Below, piece after piece: positions 9,816-19,912 of a stretch of 64,000 nucleotides of DNA. The DNA lies in IMG/VR virus record IMGVR_UViG_3300047994_000374, positions 62,001 to 126,000 of that record; one strand, given 5' to 3'. A program made the translations under genes and the position numbers. Numbering within the stretch: position 1 is the stretch's first letter; the number at the start of each line of letters is the position of its first letter. The notes beneath the pieces were generated by a model. That model was not told the origin of the DNA, ran no database searches, and saw only the letters and a list, made by a program, of their open reading frames with translations.

Positions 9816-10171
9816 CGTTCCTGCTCCGGCTCAAAAAACTCTTCTTTAGTCAGCCACTTGCCATCGTCTTTAAAGTATTCGTAGTACCAACTCTCATATC
9901 CAATCATACATAAGTCTGATTGAATCCAAGCCCTAATTACAATTGCTGCAACCGGATCTGGATGGCTGTCGTCTCCCATAAGGTGAATGACATCAGCTCT
10001 ATTATTTCGCCATTCGTAGCGGTTATGTTCTGAGATTGCGAAGTTGCCAAGCTCAATCGCTTTTTCCAACGTGTTAGCTCGGACAATGCAATTCGTATCC
10101 GACTCGTTTGCATCACGGTCTTTCCAGTTTCCGTATTGAACTACATGCCATAGCTTCATTTGACGTCCCAA
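9812..10171 (-). CDS. Hypothetical protein
   Basis: ORF track, overlap with 9465-9815. Confidence 0.65.
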   Translation of the reverse strand: MGRQMKLWHVVQYGNWKDRDANESDTNCIVRANTLEKAIELGNFAISEHNRYEWRNNRADVIHLMGDDSHPDPVAAIVIRAWIQSDLCMIGYESWYYEYFKDDGKWLTKEEFFEPEQER

Positions 10172-10310
10172 TCTTCAATCGTGAACCAATGGCTTTTAGT
10201 CATTTCTGATTCATGATCCTTCACATATTTGTCCGCCTTTTCTTGCGTAGATCCGACAAATACCAAATCATTTCCCTCATGCAAAAAAACTTCAAATACG
10301 CAATAAACTT

Positions 10311-10592
10311 TCATTTGACAATCACATCCAATAGTTCAACATTCCAAATACGTTTCGTTCCATGATCAATGTCCGTAATGAAACAACGAGGGGAACCATT
10401 CAAGTAACGCCAAGGCACTTTGTTCTTTCGAATATCCAGCGTCGAGTATTTTTTAATGATGCGCCCGAAACGATATTCAATTGCACCTGTGACTCGCCAA
10501 TGGGCACTAGGCTTGATGCCAACTTGGGGACGATAGATGCAATCCCAGTCGTCAATGAACAGCGTTTCTTGAGGAGTAACCAAACAAATCAT
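10311..10592 (-). CDS. Hypothetical protein (DxDHGTxRxW motif)
   Basis: Variant box (TCCCCAT) 25 nt upstream. Confidence 0.7.
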   Translation of the reverse strand: MICLVTPQETLFIDDWDCIYRPQVGIKPSAHWRVTGAIEYRFGRIIKKYSTLDIRKNKVPWRYLNGSPRCFITDIDHGTKRIWNVELLDVIVK

Positions 10593-10657
10593 GTATTTAT
10601 GTGCACGTATTTTATAAATGGGGAATTATTTTCAAATCGTGAAAATTTCTTGATTGT

Positions 10658-10960
10658 TCATTTGTCGTCCTCATCATCTTTCTCGTCGCCTTCAAATGGG
10701 ATGCCTGGAAAATAAAGGATCGTACCAAGCCCCATCGAATCCGTGCAAGACCGACGCAGACCCTTTGCCAGCTCTTCCAAGGCATCTGCACTGTCATCCG
10801 AGTCAAGGGTCGCAAGCTCTTCCAAGACGGATGCAACACAAGCCATGACAGTTTGCCCGCGTTCCAAAGTAACTCCGAGACAATTCTTGCCATACATTCC
10901 TCGTCCTGAATACGAACGAGTTGAATAGCCAGTCGATTCCAATAGCTCTTGAAGGTTCAT
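10658..10960 (-). CDS. Hypothetical phage protein (YSGRGMYGxxC motif)
   Basis: Box 25 nt upstream. Confidence 0.75.
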   Translation of the reverse strand: MNLQELLESTGYSTRSYSGRGMYGKNCLGVTLERGQTVMACVASVLEELATLDSDDSADALEELAKGLRRSCTDSMGLGTILYFPGIPFEGDEKDDEDDK

Positions 10961-11159
10961 AATACTCTTTATTTGTTAAATGTAAATGGGAATTATTTTT
11001 TAGCGCGCTTCGGATGAACTCTTTCCGGCCAAACTCTTCCGAGCTGCACTGGAACGCCATCATGACCTCGCAAGGCTTCCCACGCTTCGACTTCGTTCTT
11101 GTAGGGACCCATACGCATAATTTCAAGGGTGCCAGCAAAATATTGAACCTTGATCGTTT

Positions 11160-11342
11160 TCATTCGTCGTCATTCTCCCCATCAAAATTCGGATCAATTT
11201 CATTCCTGAAAGTTCCATCGGTCCAACGGAAAACTCCAGTATAAATAATCTGTTGTCCGTGATTGTCTTCTTCCAATGCAGCACCACGAGCACATTCAGG
11301 ATTCGTAAACTTTTCAACTTCTTCAGCGGTAAACGTTTTCAT
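11160..11342 (-). CDS. Small acidic protein, paralog of 28824-29018
   Basis: LEEDNHGQQIIYTGVFRWTDG versus LERDNYGQLIIY...YTGVFLWSDG. Confidence 0.65.
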   Translation of the reverse strand: MKTFTAEEVEKFTNPECARGAALEEDNHGQQIIYTGVFRWTDGTFRNEIDPNFDGENDDE

Positions 11343-11680
11343 TTGCTTTCCTTTGATCCAATCGCTTGCTTATATCCAAATGGGAAATTTTCTTTTGCGG
11401 TTTCATGAGCAAATGTTTTTACCACTTCAATCGCACCGCTTGTTCGGACCATGGTTGTCAGTGCGTTTTCAAACAATTCAGGGAAGGTCAGGAATACAAT
11501 GGACCACTCGCACTCTTGCTCATACCATCCGCCAGCTTTTCTCCAAGCTTGATGCACCTTCAAATTCTGCGCGCTATCAAGCTTGAATCCGCCGCCAGCT
11601 ACCGTGCGAATTTCTTTGATTCCCTTGGCAAGATTTCGTGTGCCAAGAATTCTACCCCAAGGTGAGTAATCGTAGTTCAT
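11339..11680 (-). CDS. Hypothetical protein (SPWG...GGF...WYE..CEW motif)
   Basis: Box 25 nt upstream. Confidence 0.75.
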   Translation of the reverse strand: MNYDYSPWGRILGTRNLAKGIKEIRTVAGGGFKLDSAQNLKVHQAWRKAGGWYEQECEWSIVFLTFPELFENALTTMVRTSGAIEVVKTFAHETAKENFPFGYKQAIGSKESK

Positions 11681-11713
11681 ATTATTCTTTGTCCGTAATA
11701 AGTGAATGGGAAA

Positions 11714-11923
11714 TTACTTCTTTTTGATACCAGCAAGCTCCAGCGCTTCTGAAAGTCGTTGTGGCAATTTAGATTCAAACGCACACGAACGATCCCACGC
11801 GTCTCCGTAACCACAGTAATCAAGATGATCGACTGCTTCTTTCAATGCCTTGCCGAGCTTCTTGATAATTTCTTTTTGGGCTTTTTCTTTTTCAGTTAAC
11901 TTTTTCATTGATGATACGCGCAA
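11714..11923 (-). CDS. Hypothetical protein
   Basis: ORF track; likely start 11908. Confidence 0.6.
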   Translation of the reverse strand: MRVSSMKKLTEKEKAQKEIIKKLGKALKEAVDHLDYCGYGDAWDRSCAFESKLPQRLSEALELAGIKKK

Positions 11924-12288
11924 TCAACACGAGTTATACCACATGGACATTCATGTGCAAGTATCGTGGGCTTCAAAAGATTTCGCATACGAGTTTCTTC
12001 AGGATCGAAATCTTTCAAACCAACACTGTTACAGTATTCTTTAGTGATGTTAGATAGTCCCTTATCAGCTGCGGACCATACACGAGGCGATACGGAGGTA
12101 TAAACATCTTCTTCGGCATCAATAAAATTATCCGAGTTAAATCTACCTTCTTTACCATTATCTGATGTAATTTTATAAAGATTAAAGGGACCTGCCGTCT
12201 CACAACTATTTACGTTGTAAGTTTTACCTTGTGTCAATCCGTGTATTCCGTTATTGAACGAGGGACGATTGTAAATTACTTTTTTCAC
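11905..12288 (-). CDS. Hypothetical protein with C-terminal CPCG...CxYH
   Basis: ORF track. Confidence 0.65.
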   Translation of the reverse strand: MKKVIYNRPSFNNGIHGLTQGKTYNVNSCETAGPFNLYKITSDNGKEGRFNSDNFIDAEEDVYTSVSPRVWSAADKGLSNITKEYCNSVGLKDFDPEETRMRNLLKPTILAHECPCGITRVDCAYHQ

Positions 12289-12698
12289 GGCTTTTTATAA
12301 ACCTTCTCATTGATCGTTTCAGGGCTCAATTCACAAAACTTATTGAATGAATACGTTTTGAAAATGGCGCTCAATGGATTGTTATTCCCATCAACAGCGT
12401 CTGCAACTGAAACCGTTTGTTCTTCTGAATTCACAACCAAAATGGGATAATTATAATCACACAAGTAAGTCGAAAGACCTGCACCAAGCTCACCCGAGAC
12501 ATCATCTTTAATCATCGCGCTGAAAATCATACGCGCCAGATAGGGCTCATCATTCCAACGGACATTACGCTTCAATACAGTCTGAAGAATTTCTGGAAGC
12601 GCATGCCCACTATAGTGACTATACATAAAGATGCCGACGCCACTTGCAACACCATTGCTTGGATGTTGAACCATAAAAATATTTCCACGAGAACCCAT
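12285..12698 (-). CDS. Hypothetical phage protein (MGxR...YxHxxG motif)
   Basis: ORF track; AAGGA upstream. Confidence 0.75.
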   Translation of the reverse strand: MGSRGNIFMVQHPSNGVASGVGIFMYSHYSGHALPEILQTVLKRNVRWNDEPYLARMIFSAMIKDDVSGELGAGLSTYLCDYNYPILVVNSEEQTVSVADAVDGNNNPLSAIFKTYSFNKFCELSPETINEKVYKKP

Positions 12699-12752
12699 GA
12701 TTTTTATATTCCTTTTATATACTGCCCAAACGTGAATGAATGGGAAATCGAA

Positions 12753-13415
12753 TTACTTCGTGCGCTTCAGCCAAGCCACTTGAAGCTTCAAAATTTCATT
12801 AGCAGGAGCGATTGACAATGTAAAGGTCATCAGCTCATCCTTTGAATTCGCATATGTAAATTCATGAGTGCCCAAAGGAAAATCATTATCCGATGCAAGT
12901 TGCACAGATTTTTCTGTACCCACGCGCATGTGTTTGACCGCGTTCTTTACAGTGTTGCGAAGCTTTTTGTCAAATTGACTCTTTTTATTAATAGCTTCCA
13001 GCTCTTCCTTCTCTGCCTTTGAACGAAGCACCCGCACCAAGGTTGTGTCTTGGTATTCGCGTTCCAATTCGGCTGCCAATTCTGCGACCTTCAAATAGAA
13101 ATTAGCTCGCTGAACTTGAAGCGTGGGAGTTTCAGTGCTGGAAGAATGACTTGTTTTGAATGCAACTTTATAGTTCCGAATATCATTACCCACTTCATCC
13201 TCAACGGAAGTGTAATCTGATTCAAACTCAATATACAGATTGACCTCCGTGCCAAATCCAGTAAAACGAACATTCATCCACTCATAGCCAGAAGGTTCAT
13301 TCATTTGACGAACAAGTTCTTCCGTATCGGAATCTCGCAATGCACAAGCCAATGTCGGATGATTCACGATCAAACGGGCGACTTCACTTTTAAACGAATT
13401 GAATTCTTGTTTCAT
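12753..13415 (-). CDS. Hypothetical protein
   Basis: 220-aa ORF. Confidence 0.75.
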   Translation of the reverse strand: MKQEFNSFKSEVARLIVNHPTLACALRDSDTEELVRQMNEPSGYEWMNVRFTGFGTEVNLYIEFESDYTSVEDEVGNDIRNYKVAFKTSHSSSTETPTLQVQRANFYLKVAELAAELEREYQDTTLVRVLRSKAEKEELEAINKKSQFDKKLRNTVKNAVKHMRVGTEKSVQLASDNDFPLGTHEFTYANSKDELMTFTLSIAPANEILKLQVAWLKRTK

Positions 13416-13446
13416 AATGATTATTTAATATTCCAGTGGAGAATTA

Positions 13447-13740
13447 TTATTTTGCAGCGTCTTTATTATCGCCGGTCCAAGCTTTGAATAATTTATCAAG
13501 CTTCTCGCGGGCTTTTTGCTTATCTATTTCGTCAGCGTTATGATGAAAGAGATCGTAAATCGTCTCTCTCAATTCTCTCGCGCCGTGCTCTAGATTATCC
13601 GCAAGTCGAAAGCAACGATGGGAAAGAAATTTATCCTTGCGGTATTGTTCAGCTTGAATAATTTCTTTATCGTGTTCCCGGATTTGCTTTTGCCATTCTT
13701 CTTTAGAAATCATCCCCGTTGCCTTTCTATCAAAGCTCAT
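13447..13740 (-). CDS. Hypothetical protein
   Basis: ORF track; start reassigned to ATG 13740 downstream of the box. Confidence 0.65.
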   Translation of the reverse strand: MSFDRKATGMISKEEWQKQIREHDKEIIQAEQYRKDKFLSHRCFRLADNLEHGARELRETIYDLFHHNADEIDKQKAREKLDKLFKAWTGDNKDAAK

Positions 13741-13777
13741 AATAATATTACTCTCTTTATTTATTATGAAATGGGAA

Positions 13778-13871
13778 TGAGATTGGAATAAAGCCAACTC
13801 AGCCTTTGATACTGACGGTTTAGTATCCGTCCGTTATAGCGATCCTCCGAGTTGGCTTTATTCCAATCTCA
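13778..13871 (-). ncRNA. Candidate structured RNA: perfect 23-bp stem enclosing a 48-nt structured core
   Basis: 13778-13800 is the exact reverse complement of 13849-13871; inner GATACT/AGTATC and GACGG/CCGTC pairings. Confidence 0.5.
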
Positions 13872-13878
13872 AGCCTTA

Positions 13879-14088
13879 TCAAACAAGATCGATAAGGTCA
13901 ACTAAAATATTCATTTCAAATCTGGAAAATTTTTGCTCACGAATCAAGTCAATAATTTTACCAAGCTCTTGACCACGTTCAAGCTTCAATCCATAACAAT
14001 GTTTGGTTGCATCTTCATAAGACTTACAAGGAACTGCAATAGTAACAGTCATCTTATCTTTTGAAATAGAAACTTTTGTCTTCTTCAT
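13879..14088 (-). CDS. Hypothetical protein
   Basis: Box 24 nt upstream. Confidence 0.65.
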   Translation of the reverse strand: MKKTKVSISKDKMTVTIAVPCKSYEDATKHCYGLKLERGQELGKIIDLIREQKFSRFEMNILVDLIDLV

Positions 14089-14119
14089 AATTATGTTTTT
14101 GCATATGTGTAAATGGGAA

Positions 14120-14356
14120 TTAAATTAATTTGTATGACGTTTTCTTTACAACCAATTGAAGCGGCTCGTCATCGCATTCCGGACCAGCACAAGTAAACGC
14201 TTCTTTAGAGTTCTTCCAGAAGTAATCACTCGGGTTAGAGCTGTATTCCGAATGGCAACACGCACACACAAGCATGCTACCATCCTTGTACTTCTTTTTC
14301 AAAGTAACTACAGTAACTTTTTTCATTTCTTTTCTCGAATCATTGAAGTGCCCCAA
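14120..14356 (-). CDS. Small zinc-ribbon protein
   Basis: CACC...YSSNPSDYF...CAGPEC. Confidence 0.65.
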   Translation of the reverse strand: MGHFNDSRKEMKKVTVVTLKKKYKDGSMLVCACCHSEYSSNPSDYFWKNSKEAFTCAGPECDDEPLQLVVKKTSYKLI

Positions 14357-14610
14357 CCTTCAGTAGGCGTAAAAAATTCAATGTAAATCTCTTCAACTTT
14401 GGCATCTCGCTTTAGTTTAACATGCAGCCCACGCTCGGACTTGTGATATTTAGTGGCACGGAGAGATTTACGAGCCTTTCGAAAAGCGTCAATCAATTCT
14501 TCTTCCAAATTGTCCAAGTCACTCACTTTAGCGTTATAGAAATATACATTGCCTTTAGCGTCTCGATATGGATTAGGATTTTTGTTCTTCATTTGCTTGC
14601 TCATATACAC
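14323..14610 (-). CDS. Hypothetical protein
   Basis: ORF track; box upstream. Confidence 0.65.
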   Translation of the reverse strand: MYMSKQMKNKNPNPYRDAKGNVYFYNAKVSDLDNLEEELIDAFRKARKSLRATKYHKSERGLHVKLKRDAKVEEIYIEFFTPTEGWGTSMIREKK

Positions 14611-14635
14611 GTCTACGCATAAGTATTAAATGGGA

Positions 14636-14962
14636 TTAAAAGAAATCTCGTTCTTGCACTTCAATTTCACGATGCTTGGTACGAATGTAAACTCCACCAA
14701 GATCATAGCTGCCATACTCGCCACAAAATTCTTGAACGTGCGTAAAGGCAGCCGCTGCGCTTCCATACAGATAAGCTTTTGAAGGATCTTCTGTCCAATC
14801 ATTATTAACATCAAGCCATTCAGTTTTAAGTGGCGAGACATCAATCCGACCCGAGTGTCTTTTGATTACAAGATAAATTGCCTCGCCGTCGATCATATCA
14901 GTGCTCAGCTTTCTGCAGTTCCTCAAGCGTCTCACGAAAAAGATTGAGAACCTTTTTTCCAT
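14636..14962 (-). CDS. Hypothetical protein
   Basis: ORF track; real start probably ~14896. Confidence 0.5.
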   Translation of the reverse strand: MEKRFSIFFVRRLRNCRKLSTDMIDGEAIYLVIKRHSGRIDVSPLKTEWLDVNNDWTEDPSKAYLYGSAAAAFTHVQEFCGEYGSYDLGGVYIRTKHREIEVQERDFF

Positions 14963-15318
14963 TGCGCTGGCAGGCTATATAGGTATTCAGCGCTTTAATT
15001 GAATCGTTGTCATAACCGAAGTTGCTGCAAAAGTCTTCAAACGATTCTTCGCCCGCCGAATAGTCTGACAGGACCGAATAAACAACATCGGCTGCCACCG
15101 GCTTAACAGGGGTGTTGTTCTTCCGAAGCCCGCTACCCGTGCCATACTCGAAAGACTCTTTACGGTCGCCAAAGTGAAGCGTACAGACCCACTTGTCGCG
15201 CTCATACTCTATACCGCCATGGATTTCAGATTCAACGCCCATGTACTTGGATTCAATCGTGATCTTATTTCGTTTCACTGCAACTTCAAGCTCAGTTTTT
15301 TTTGTGCTTCGTATTCAT
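14898..15318 (-). CDS. Hypothetical phage protein; N-terminus frameshifted in an A8 run
   Basis: ORF 14898-15278 (FEDFCSNFGYDNDS); box-positioned ATG 15318 joins it if the run at 15296-15303 loses one base. Confidence 0.65.
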
Positions 15319-15359
15319 AATATCCTCTTTAAAGTTTAAGCAAATGGGAAATAAATCTG

Positions 15360-15551
15360 TTAGACGAAATCAAGCTCGCCCATAACCAAAGCATTCTCCG
15401 TGCCACAAACCGATTTTGCCCCACAAGCCTCACACTCGTAGCTCTCGGCGTCCGGCTCGACACCACCGCAAGTGAATTCTCCGCACGCCAAGCACACTCC
15501 ATCGTCGTTTTGGCAATGCAGGAGATACTCGTCTTCGCTAATTTCAATCAT
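15360..15551 (-). CDS. Small zinc-ribbon protein (CLACG...VEPDA..Y.CEACG)
   Basis: Box 25 nt upstream; paralog at 28027-28230. Confidence 0.8.
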   Translation of the reverse strand: MIEISEDEYLLHCQNDDGVCLACGEFTCGGVEPDAESYECEACGAKSVCGTENALVMGELDFV

Positions 15552-15585
15552 AATAATACCCTTTTATTTTTAGTGAATGGGATTA

Positions 15586-15897
15586 TTACTTTGAGCTGGT
15601 TTTAAGATCGCCCCAACACTTTTCCAATCGAGCACGAGTTTCAACCGACGCATTCGAATTCCAGGCTGCCACCGTTTCCGCCACAGTCCAGTCCCAACCG
15701 GCTTTTACTTTGTCCGCGGTACTCTCACCCACTGGCTCAACCTGCTTCTTTAGTGCTACAATCTGACCCGCTTGTGCCGCATTCTTTGCCTCAAGAGCAT
15801 CCAATTGACTTTGAAGGTTTGCCGTGTTGCTGGTAGCGCATCCAGTGGCGACAAAGGTAATAGCGACCAGACCGATAATCATGCTAATGTTTTTCAT
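15586..15897 (-). CDS. Lipoprotein with coiled coil
   Basis: Lipobox VATGC followed by heptad LQSQLDALEAKN. Confidence 0.7.
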   Translation of the reverse strand: MKNISMIIGLVAITFVATGCATSNTANLQSQLDALEAKNAAQAGQIVALKKQVEPVGESTADKVKAGWDWTVAETVAAWNSNASVETRARLEKCWGDLKTSSK

Positions 15898-15945
15898 TCT
15901 GATATCCTTTTTAATTGTTTGGTAAATGGGAAATATTATTTAGAG

Positions 15946-16266
15946 TTATGGGCGAAAAAGATCGCTTGCTAACTTAATAACTGGTTTAAGTGCTTTCTGA
16001 TCGATCGTCCACAGCGGTTCGTATCCTTGAAGGGTTAGCCCACGATCTTTAATTGCTGCAATTGTCTCCGCGTAATAACGGCTAACGAATTGCCCACGCG
16101 GACCGAAGTGATCGTGGTTAGAAAAGGTATAGTCGTAAAATTCAATCATCGGATTATTTTCCGTATGGATTAGGCAATCTTTCAAACCATAACGATCGCC
16201 CTTCATCACCACACGAATAAAAAACTCACGACCTTTGTTATTCTTGATAATCATATATGCACCCAA
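15946..16266 (-). CDS. Hypothetical phage protein (GQFVSRYY motif)
   Basis: ORF track; box upstream. Confidence 0.7.
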   Translation of the reverse strand: MGAYMIIKNNKGREFFIRVVMKGDRYGLKDCLIHTENNPMIEFYDYTFSNHDHFGPRGQFVSRYYAETIAAIKDRGLTLQGYEPLWTIDQKALKPVIKLASDLFRP

Positions 16267-16891
16267 TGATCAAATAGTAAATGGGAATAATTACATACCT
16301 TCATGATATTCAATTCGCTCTAACCCTCGTCGCAAAGAACGATCCATCTCACGGCAATAATAATACCAATTATAAATAGCAGGATTAGCATAACGAAGTG
16401 AATCGGCACGAGCTTTATCCACCATGTACCATTCAGCTTCGGTGCGCTCTAACTCTTGATCCGTTTTCATAACTTCACCAATGACTTAATAATAAATGGG
16501 AATTAGGGAGCGTAGCAAAGATAAATGAATGCCGCAAATGTCCAGCTCAAAATTACAGCAGCACTTAACAAACGATTCCAAATCCGATACTTGGCGTTTT
16601 CAAAGATAAGTCTATCTCGTTCCTTGGCTGCCTCGTAATAGCCCTTGTTCTGGTGGTCTAATACCGCCTGTAGCTTATGAGCATGTCCGCGCCACAGCAA
16701 AGCTCGGAGTCGCATAGGTCTTCGCAGAAACACTTACTTATGAAACCCAAGTTGAATCAATGTAACCACAAGAGCCCACATCCACATACATCCAAGCGCA
16801 TATTTAATGAATAGATTTCTTTGGTCGTCTTTATTCCAAGAAAAAGCTCCGAGCATAAAAAGCAAAGTTACAACAATATCAAAAGCCGTGA

Positions 16892-17623
16892 TCATTTACC
16901 CAACCGCCTGTTGTTCGGAGTCATATTGCCCATGACTTTTCCAAGGTGAATATTCTTACCTTGCTGTTGTCCGGCATGGTAAGCGCCCGCATTAATCTGT
17001 TGACTCGTGAAGCTTTTGGATTTGGTCAAGTTACGCTTTGACCGAAGGAAGCTTTGCGCCTCTTCAGCACGCCGGCTCAGCGCGACCATCGCCGTAGAAT
17101 TTCCGTGCGCAACCTTCTGCTCTTCTTTATTGGCATTCAGTTGTTCTCTGATCCCCGCGACGGCACCGACACAATACGAACCGATAAAAACTCGTCCGCG
17201 ACCTTTGCCTTCGCTCATGCTCAAGCGACTAATTTCTCCGCAAAGCCAAGCGAACATATAGTTAACGATCTCAATGTCCGCCTTACGACCCGCAAGTTTA
17301 TAACGGGAAATCAATCGACCCGTTTCAGGATTCGATCCATTGTGATTAAAGATGCCGCAACCGTAATGCTTGGCGAGAATGCAAGCGAGTGAACTTTTCC
17401 ATTGAGTAACTTTGCCGCTCTCATACAAATAACCTTCGGCTTCATCGATTTTTTCTTCCGTGCCATTATCGATGTTGAGCTGAGCCTCTGACAAGCGGTG
17501 CTCTTCAATGAGCCGATCTGCAGCAGCTGCTGCATTGTTTGCTTCGTTGAGATTTGAAGAGGCGGCCAATGCACGAAGGCGTTGAATCTTGAGGATAATA
17601 TTGTCGAGTGAGGTAGTGGTCAT
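16892..17623 (-). CDS. DUF2786-like domain protein
   Basis: N-terminal KIQRLRALAASSNLNEANNAAAAADRLIEEH; box 24 nt upstream. Confidence 0.75.
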   Translation of the reverse strand: MTTTSLDNIILKIQRLRALAASSNLNEANNAAAAADRLIEEHRLSEAQLNIDNGTEEKIDEAEGYLYESGKVTQWKSSLACILAKHYGCGIFNHNGSNPETGRLISRYKLAGRKADIEIVNYMFAWLCGEISRLSMSEGKGRGRVFIGSYCVGAVAGIREQLNANKEEQKVAHGNSTAMVALSRRAEEAQSFLRSKRNLTKSKSFTSQQINAGAYHAGQQQGKNIHLGKVMGNMTPNNRRLGK

Positions 17624-17653
17624 ATTAATCTCCGATAAGAATATGAAATGGGA

Positions 17654-17947
17654 TTATAGCGATTGAAAATCTTTAAAGGCGTTCCAACAATCATCGCAAG
17701 CCCAAGTCGTATCCATTGTAAATTTAACTTGAGCACCAGCTAACCCCGGCTTTGCATTGTATAACCGTTGACTGGCAGGCTTCTTGCATGTGTGCCCTTT
17801 ACCATGACAAGGATGCTCATAGACGCTTTTATCCCAAGTATAACTGCAGCTACATTGCGCAATCAGGCGAGCCGTTTCTTCGGCCAGGTTTTCTTTCTTC
17901 CACTCTTTAGCCCAATTATTCAACGTCTTGTCAGTGCTGTTGTTCAT
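17654..17947 (-). CDS. Cys-rich hypothetical protein
   Basis: Box 25 nt upstream, embedded in the upstream CDS. Confidence 0.7.
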   Translation of the reverse strand: MNNSTDKTLNNWAKEWKKENLAEETARLIAQCSCSYTWDKSVYEHPCHGKGHTCKKPASQRLYNAKPGLAGAQVKFTMDTTWACDDCWNAFKDFQSL

Positions 17948-17956
17948 GTTATTCTC

Positions 17957-18202
17957 TTACTGGTAAAGCGCAATGGGAAAAATCGTTTCTTCAGCTTCAA
18001 TCGCGACTTGCAATTGCTCTGCCAAGCCACACAGATACTCGCCGAATTGATTGTCAAATTCGCTCGGCATATTAATCATCTCTTTCGCAGCCGTCAGATA
18101 ACGATTTCGAATGGCGTAAAGATAATCCACCGGTTCAATATCTGAAAAATAAATCAAACCTTCATCAACAATATCTGAAAAACGTTCATCAAGATTTAGC
18201 AT
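17957..18202 (-). CDS. Hypothetical protein
   Basis: Box 24 nt upstream. Confidence 0.7.
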   Translation of the reverse strand: MLNLDERFSDIVDEGLIYFSDIEPVDYLYAIRNRYLTAAKEMINMPSEFDNQFGEYLCGLAEQLQVAIEAEETIFPIALYQ

Positions 18203-18299
18203 AACATTCTCTTATTCTTTTAATGAATGGGAAAACAACAGGGCTTCCAAAAGAATCAGATACGATCTCAATCAGCTATTTTATCCTCTAGCCAGCCCT

Positions 18300-18482
18300 T
18301 CACGTCACAATCTTTTGAAACATCACGAAGCCATCTGATACCCGAATGACCGACCCCTGATCTCCACTCTCTTTACAAGCTTGGGAAACGGCATGCAACG
18401 CTTCTGCAAACTCATCCGTGGAAGCGTTCAATTTAATCTGACCTTGACTGATACTGAGATACTTAAATTTTCTGCTGTTCAT
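18300..18482 (-). CDS. Hypothetical protein
   Basis: ORF track; ATG 18482 is 25 nt from a box embedded in the upstream CDS. Confidence 0.55.
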   Translation of the reverse strand: MNSRKFKYLSISQGQIKLNASTDEFAEALHAVSQACKESGDQGSVIRVSDGFVMFQKIVT

Positions 18483-18500
18483 GTATACACTTTCATTCAA

Positions 18501-18704
18501 TTAGTAAATGGGAATCAAGTGATAAAACCGATTACAAGCATTCTCTAATGCGTGTCTATTTTGATAGTCACTCTCAATATAAACGTTTAGTGCGTTCAGG
18601 ATGACTTGAGCTTCGTTGTCATTGCCCTTATCGTTCAACTGATCAATCATCGTCTCAGCGCGTTTAAACAGCTCCGAGGGTCTCATTTCAAACGTTTTTT
18701 TCAT
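18501..18704 (-). CDS. Hypothetical protein
   Basis: ORF track, ATGA overlap. Confidence 0.65.
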   Translation of the reverse strand: MKKTFEMRPSELFKRAETMIDQLNDKGNDNEAQVILNALNVYIESDYQNRHALENACNRFYHLIPIY

Positions 18705-18886
18705 TCACGATCCTGGCTCAAGAGTTTCGCCGCACTGTAAATCAAAAACATATCCTCTTCTCTACATCCCTTACTCTTCAAGGAAAATCGAATGCCATCC
18801 AGATTAATTCCAAGATCAATCAAATTCGCACAACTTTTAATCAAACCTTCGATATCATCCACATACATCTTATCATACTTGCTCAT
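18701..18886 (-). CDS. Hypothetical protein
   Basis: ORF track. Confidence 0.6.
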   Translation of the reverse strand: MSKYDKMYVDDIEGLIKSCANLIDLGINLDGIRFSLKSKGCREEDMFLIYSAAKLLSQDRE

Positions 18887-18895
18887 AATGGGAAA

Positions 18896-19156
18896 TTAAA
18901 GAGTTTTTACTGCACGCAAAATTTCATCGTTAGTGTAAACCGATTCCAGATCTACCGCCAGTTCCTCGCCACAAGCACAATGCCATGACTCGTAAACAAA
19001 CGCCTCGCTTTTACCCATGGTAGTCTTCTTACCAACCGTTTCAACGCTACAGGCAAGACACGCCAATCTACTATAACACGAAACCAATTTATCACCACCA
19101 CTATAATTCGTCATAACTTTTACTTCCGTTATTCTTAAATGGGAATCTTTTACCAC
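18896..19156 (-). CDS. Zinc-ribbon hypothetical protein
   Basis: CLAC...CACG; likely start 19114, 24 nt after a box. Confidence 0.6.
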   Translation of the reverse strand: MVKDSHLRITEVKVMTNYSGGDKLVSCYSRLACLACSVETVGKKTTMGKSEAFVYESWHCACGEELAVDLESVYTNDEILRAVKTL

Positions 19157-19264
19157 AAATTATACATCAAAAGAATATACGCTGTAAGTAAAAAGAGCCC
19201 TCCGATAACGAACGAAAGCTTGATCTGCTTACTTGTATAAGTATGTGTGTCCATGTGGGTGATA

Positions 19265-19702
19265 TTATTTTTCATAGAAGCGAAAGATCTTTTGCACCAC
19301 ACGAATGTCAATGGTCGGACGCGAAGCTCGATAAGATTGAATCGCGTCCACGATCTTGCCATTACGCCACCAATTAAGCTCGATATCAGTCGGTGGAGTC
19401 CAGGAACGAACCTCTTTACTTGCCCGATCATTTAAGATGCTCGTCAGTAGATCGAACAACACATTCAGGTTTTCCGTGCTTTGAGTTTCCAGCATGGTTG
19501 TAAATACAGTCCCAATAGAAGAGGGTGGAAGAATTGTTTTACCCTCCTCTTTATTGACTGCCTTCATGCTTAGCTTGGTCGGAATACTTTCACTAAGATC
19601 TTCGGTATGCTGTTGTTTTGCCGATGGGATATCTTGAAGCGTATCCTTTCGATCGGGAGAAACTTGAGTGTAGGTGGTTACGATTTTTCCGATGGCGCTC
19701 AT
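19265..19702 (-). CDS. Hypothetical protein; C-terminus weakly resembles the L7/L12 C-terminal domain
   Basis: GKIVDAIQSYRASRPTIDIRVVQK. Confidence 0.55.
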   Translation of the reverse strand: MSAIGKIVTTYTQVSPDRKDTLQDIPSAKQQHTEDLSESIPTKLSMKAVNKEEGKTILPPSSIGTVFTTMLETQSTENLNVLFDLLTSILNDRASKEVRSWTPPTDIELNWWRNGKIVDAIQSYRASRPTIDIRVVQKIFRFYEK

Positions 19703-19912
19703 AGATTATCCTTGTGTGACTCGTGAAGATTGAATGCGGACACAATATGGCATTCTGGACAGCTTTGAAAACCACAAAGCACCTGCGGACCCTCTTTTTC
19801 AAAAACCTCTTGGAAGTCATCCTCGCGCCCGCAAAGCCCACAAGCAATCTTATGTCCGTCTTGTCTGATAACTTTCATATGATTATCCCAAATGCATTGT
19901 TTAAATGGGAAT

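Noticed and set aside
13801-13848. Hammerhead ribozyme within the 23-bp stem
   Set aside because: CTGACGG does not match CUGANGA and there is no GAAA core on either strand; kept only as an unclassified structure.
19265-19702. Ribosomal protein L7/L12
   Set aside because: Only a short degenerate C-terminal resemblance, and it lacks the GLKEAK motif.
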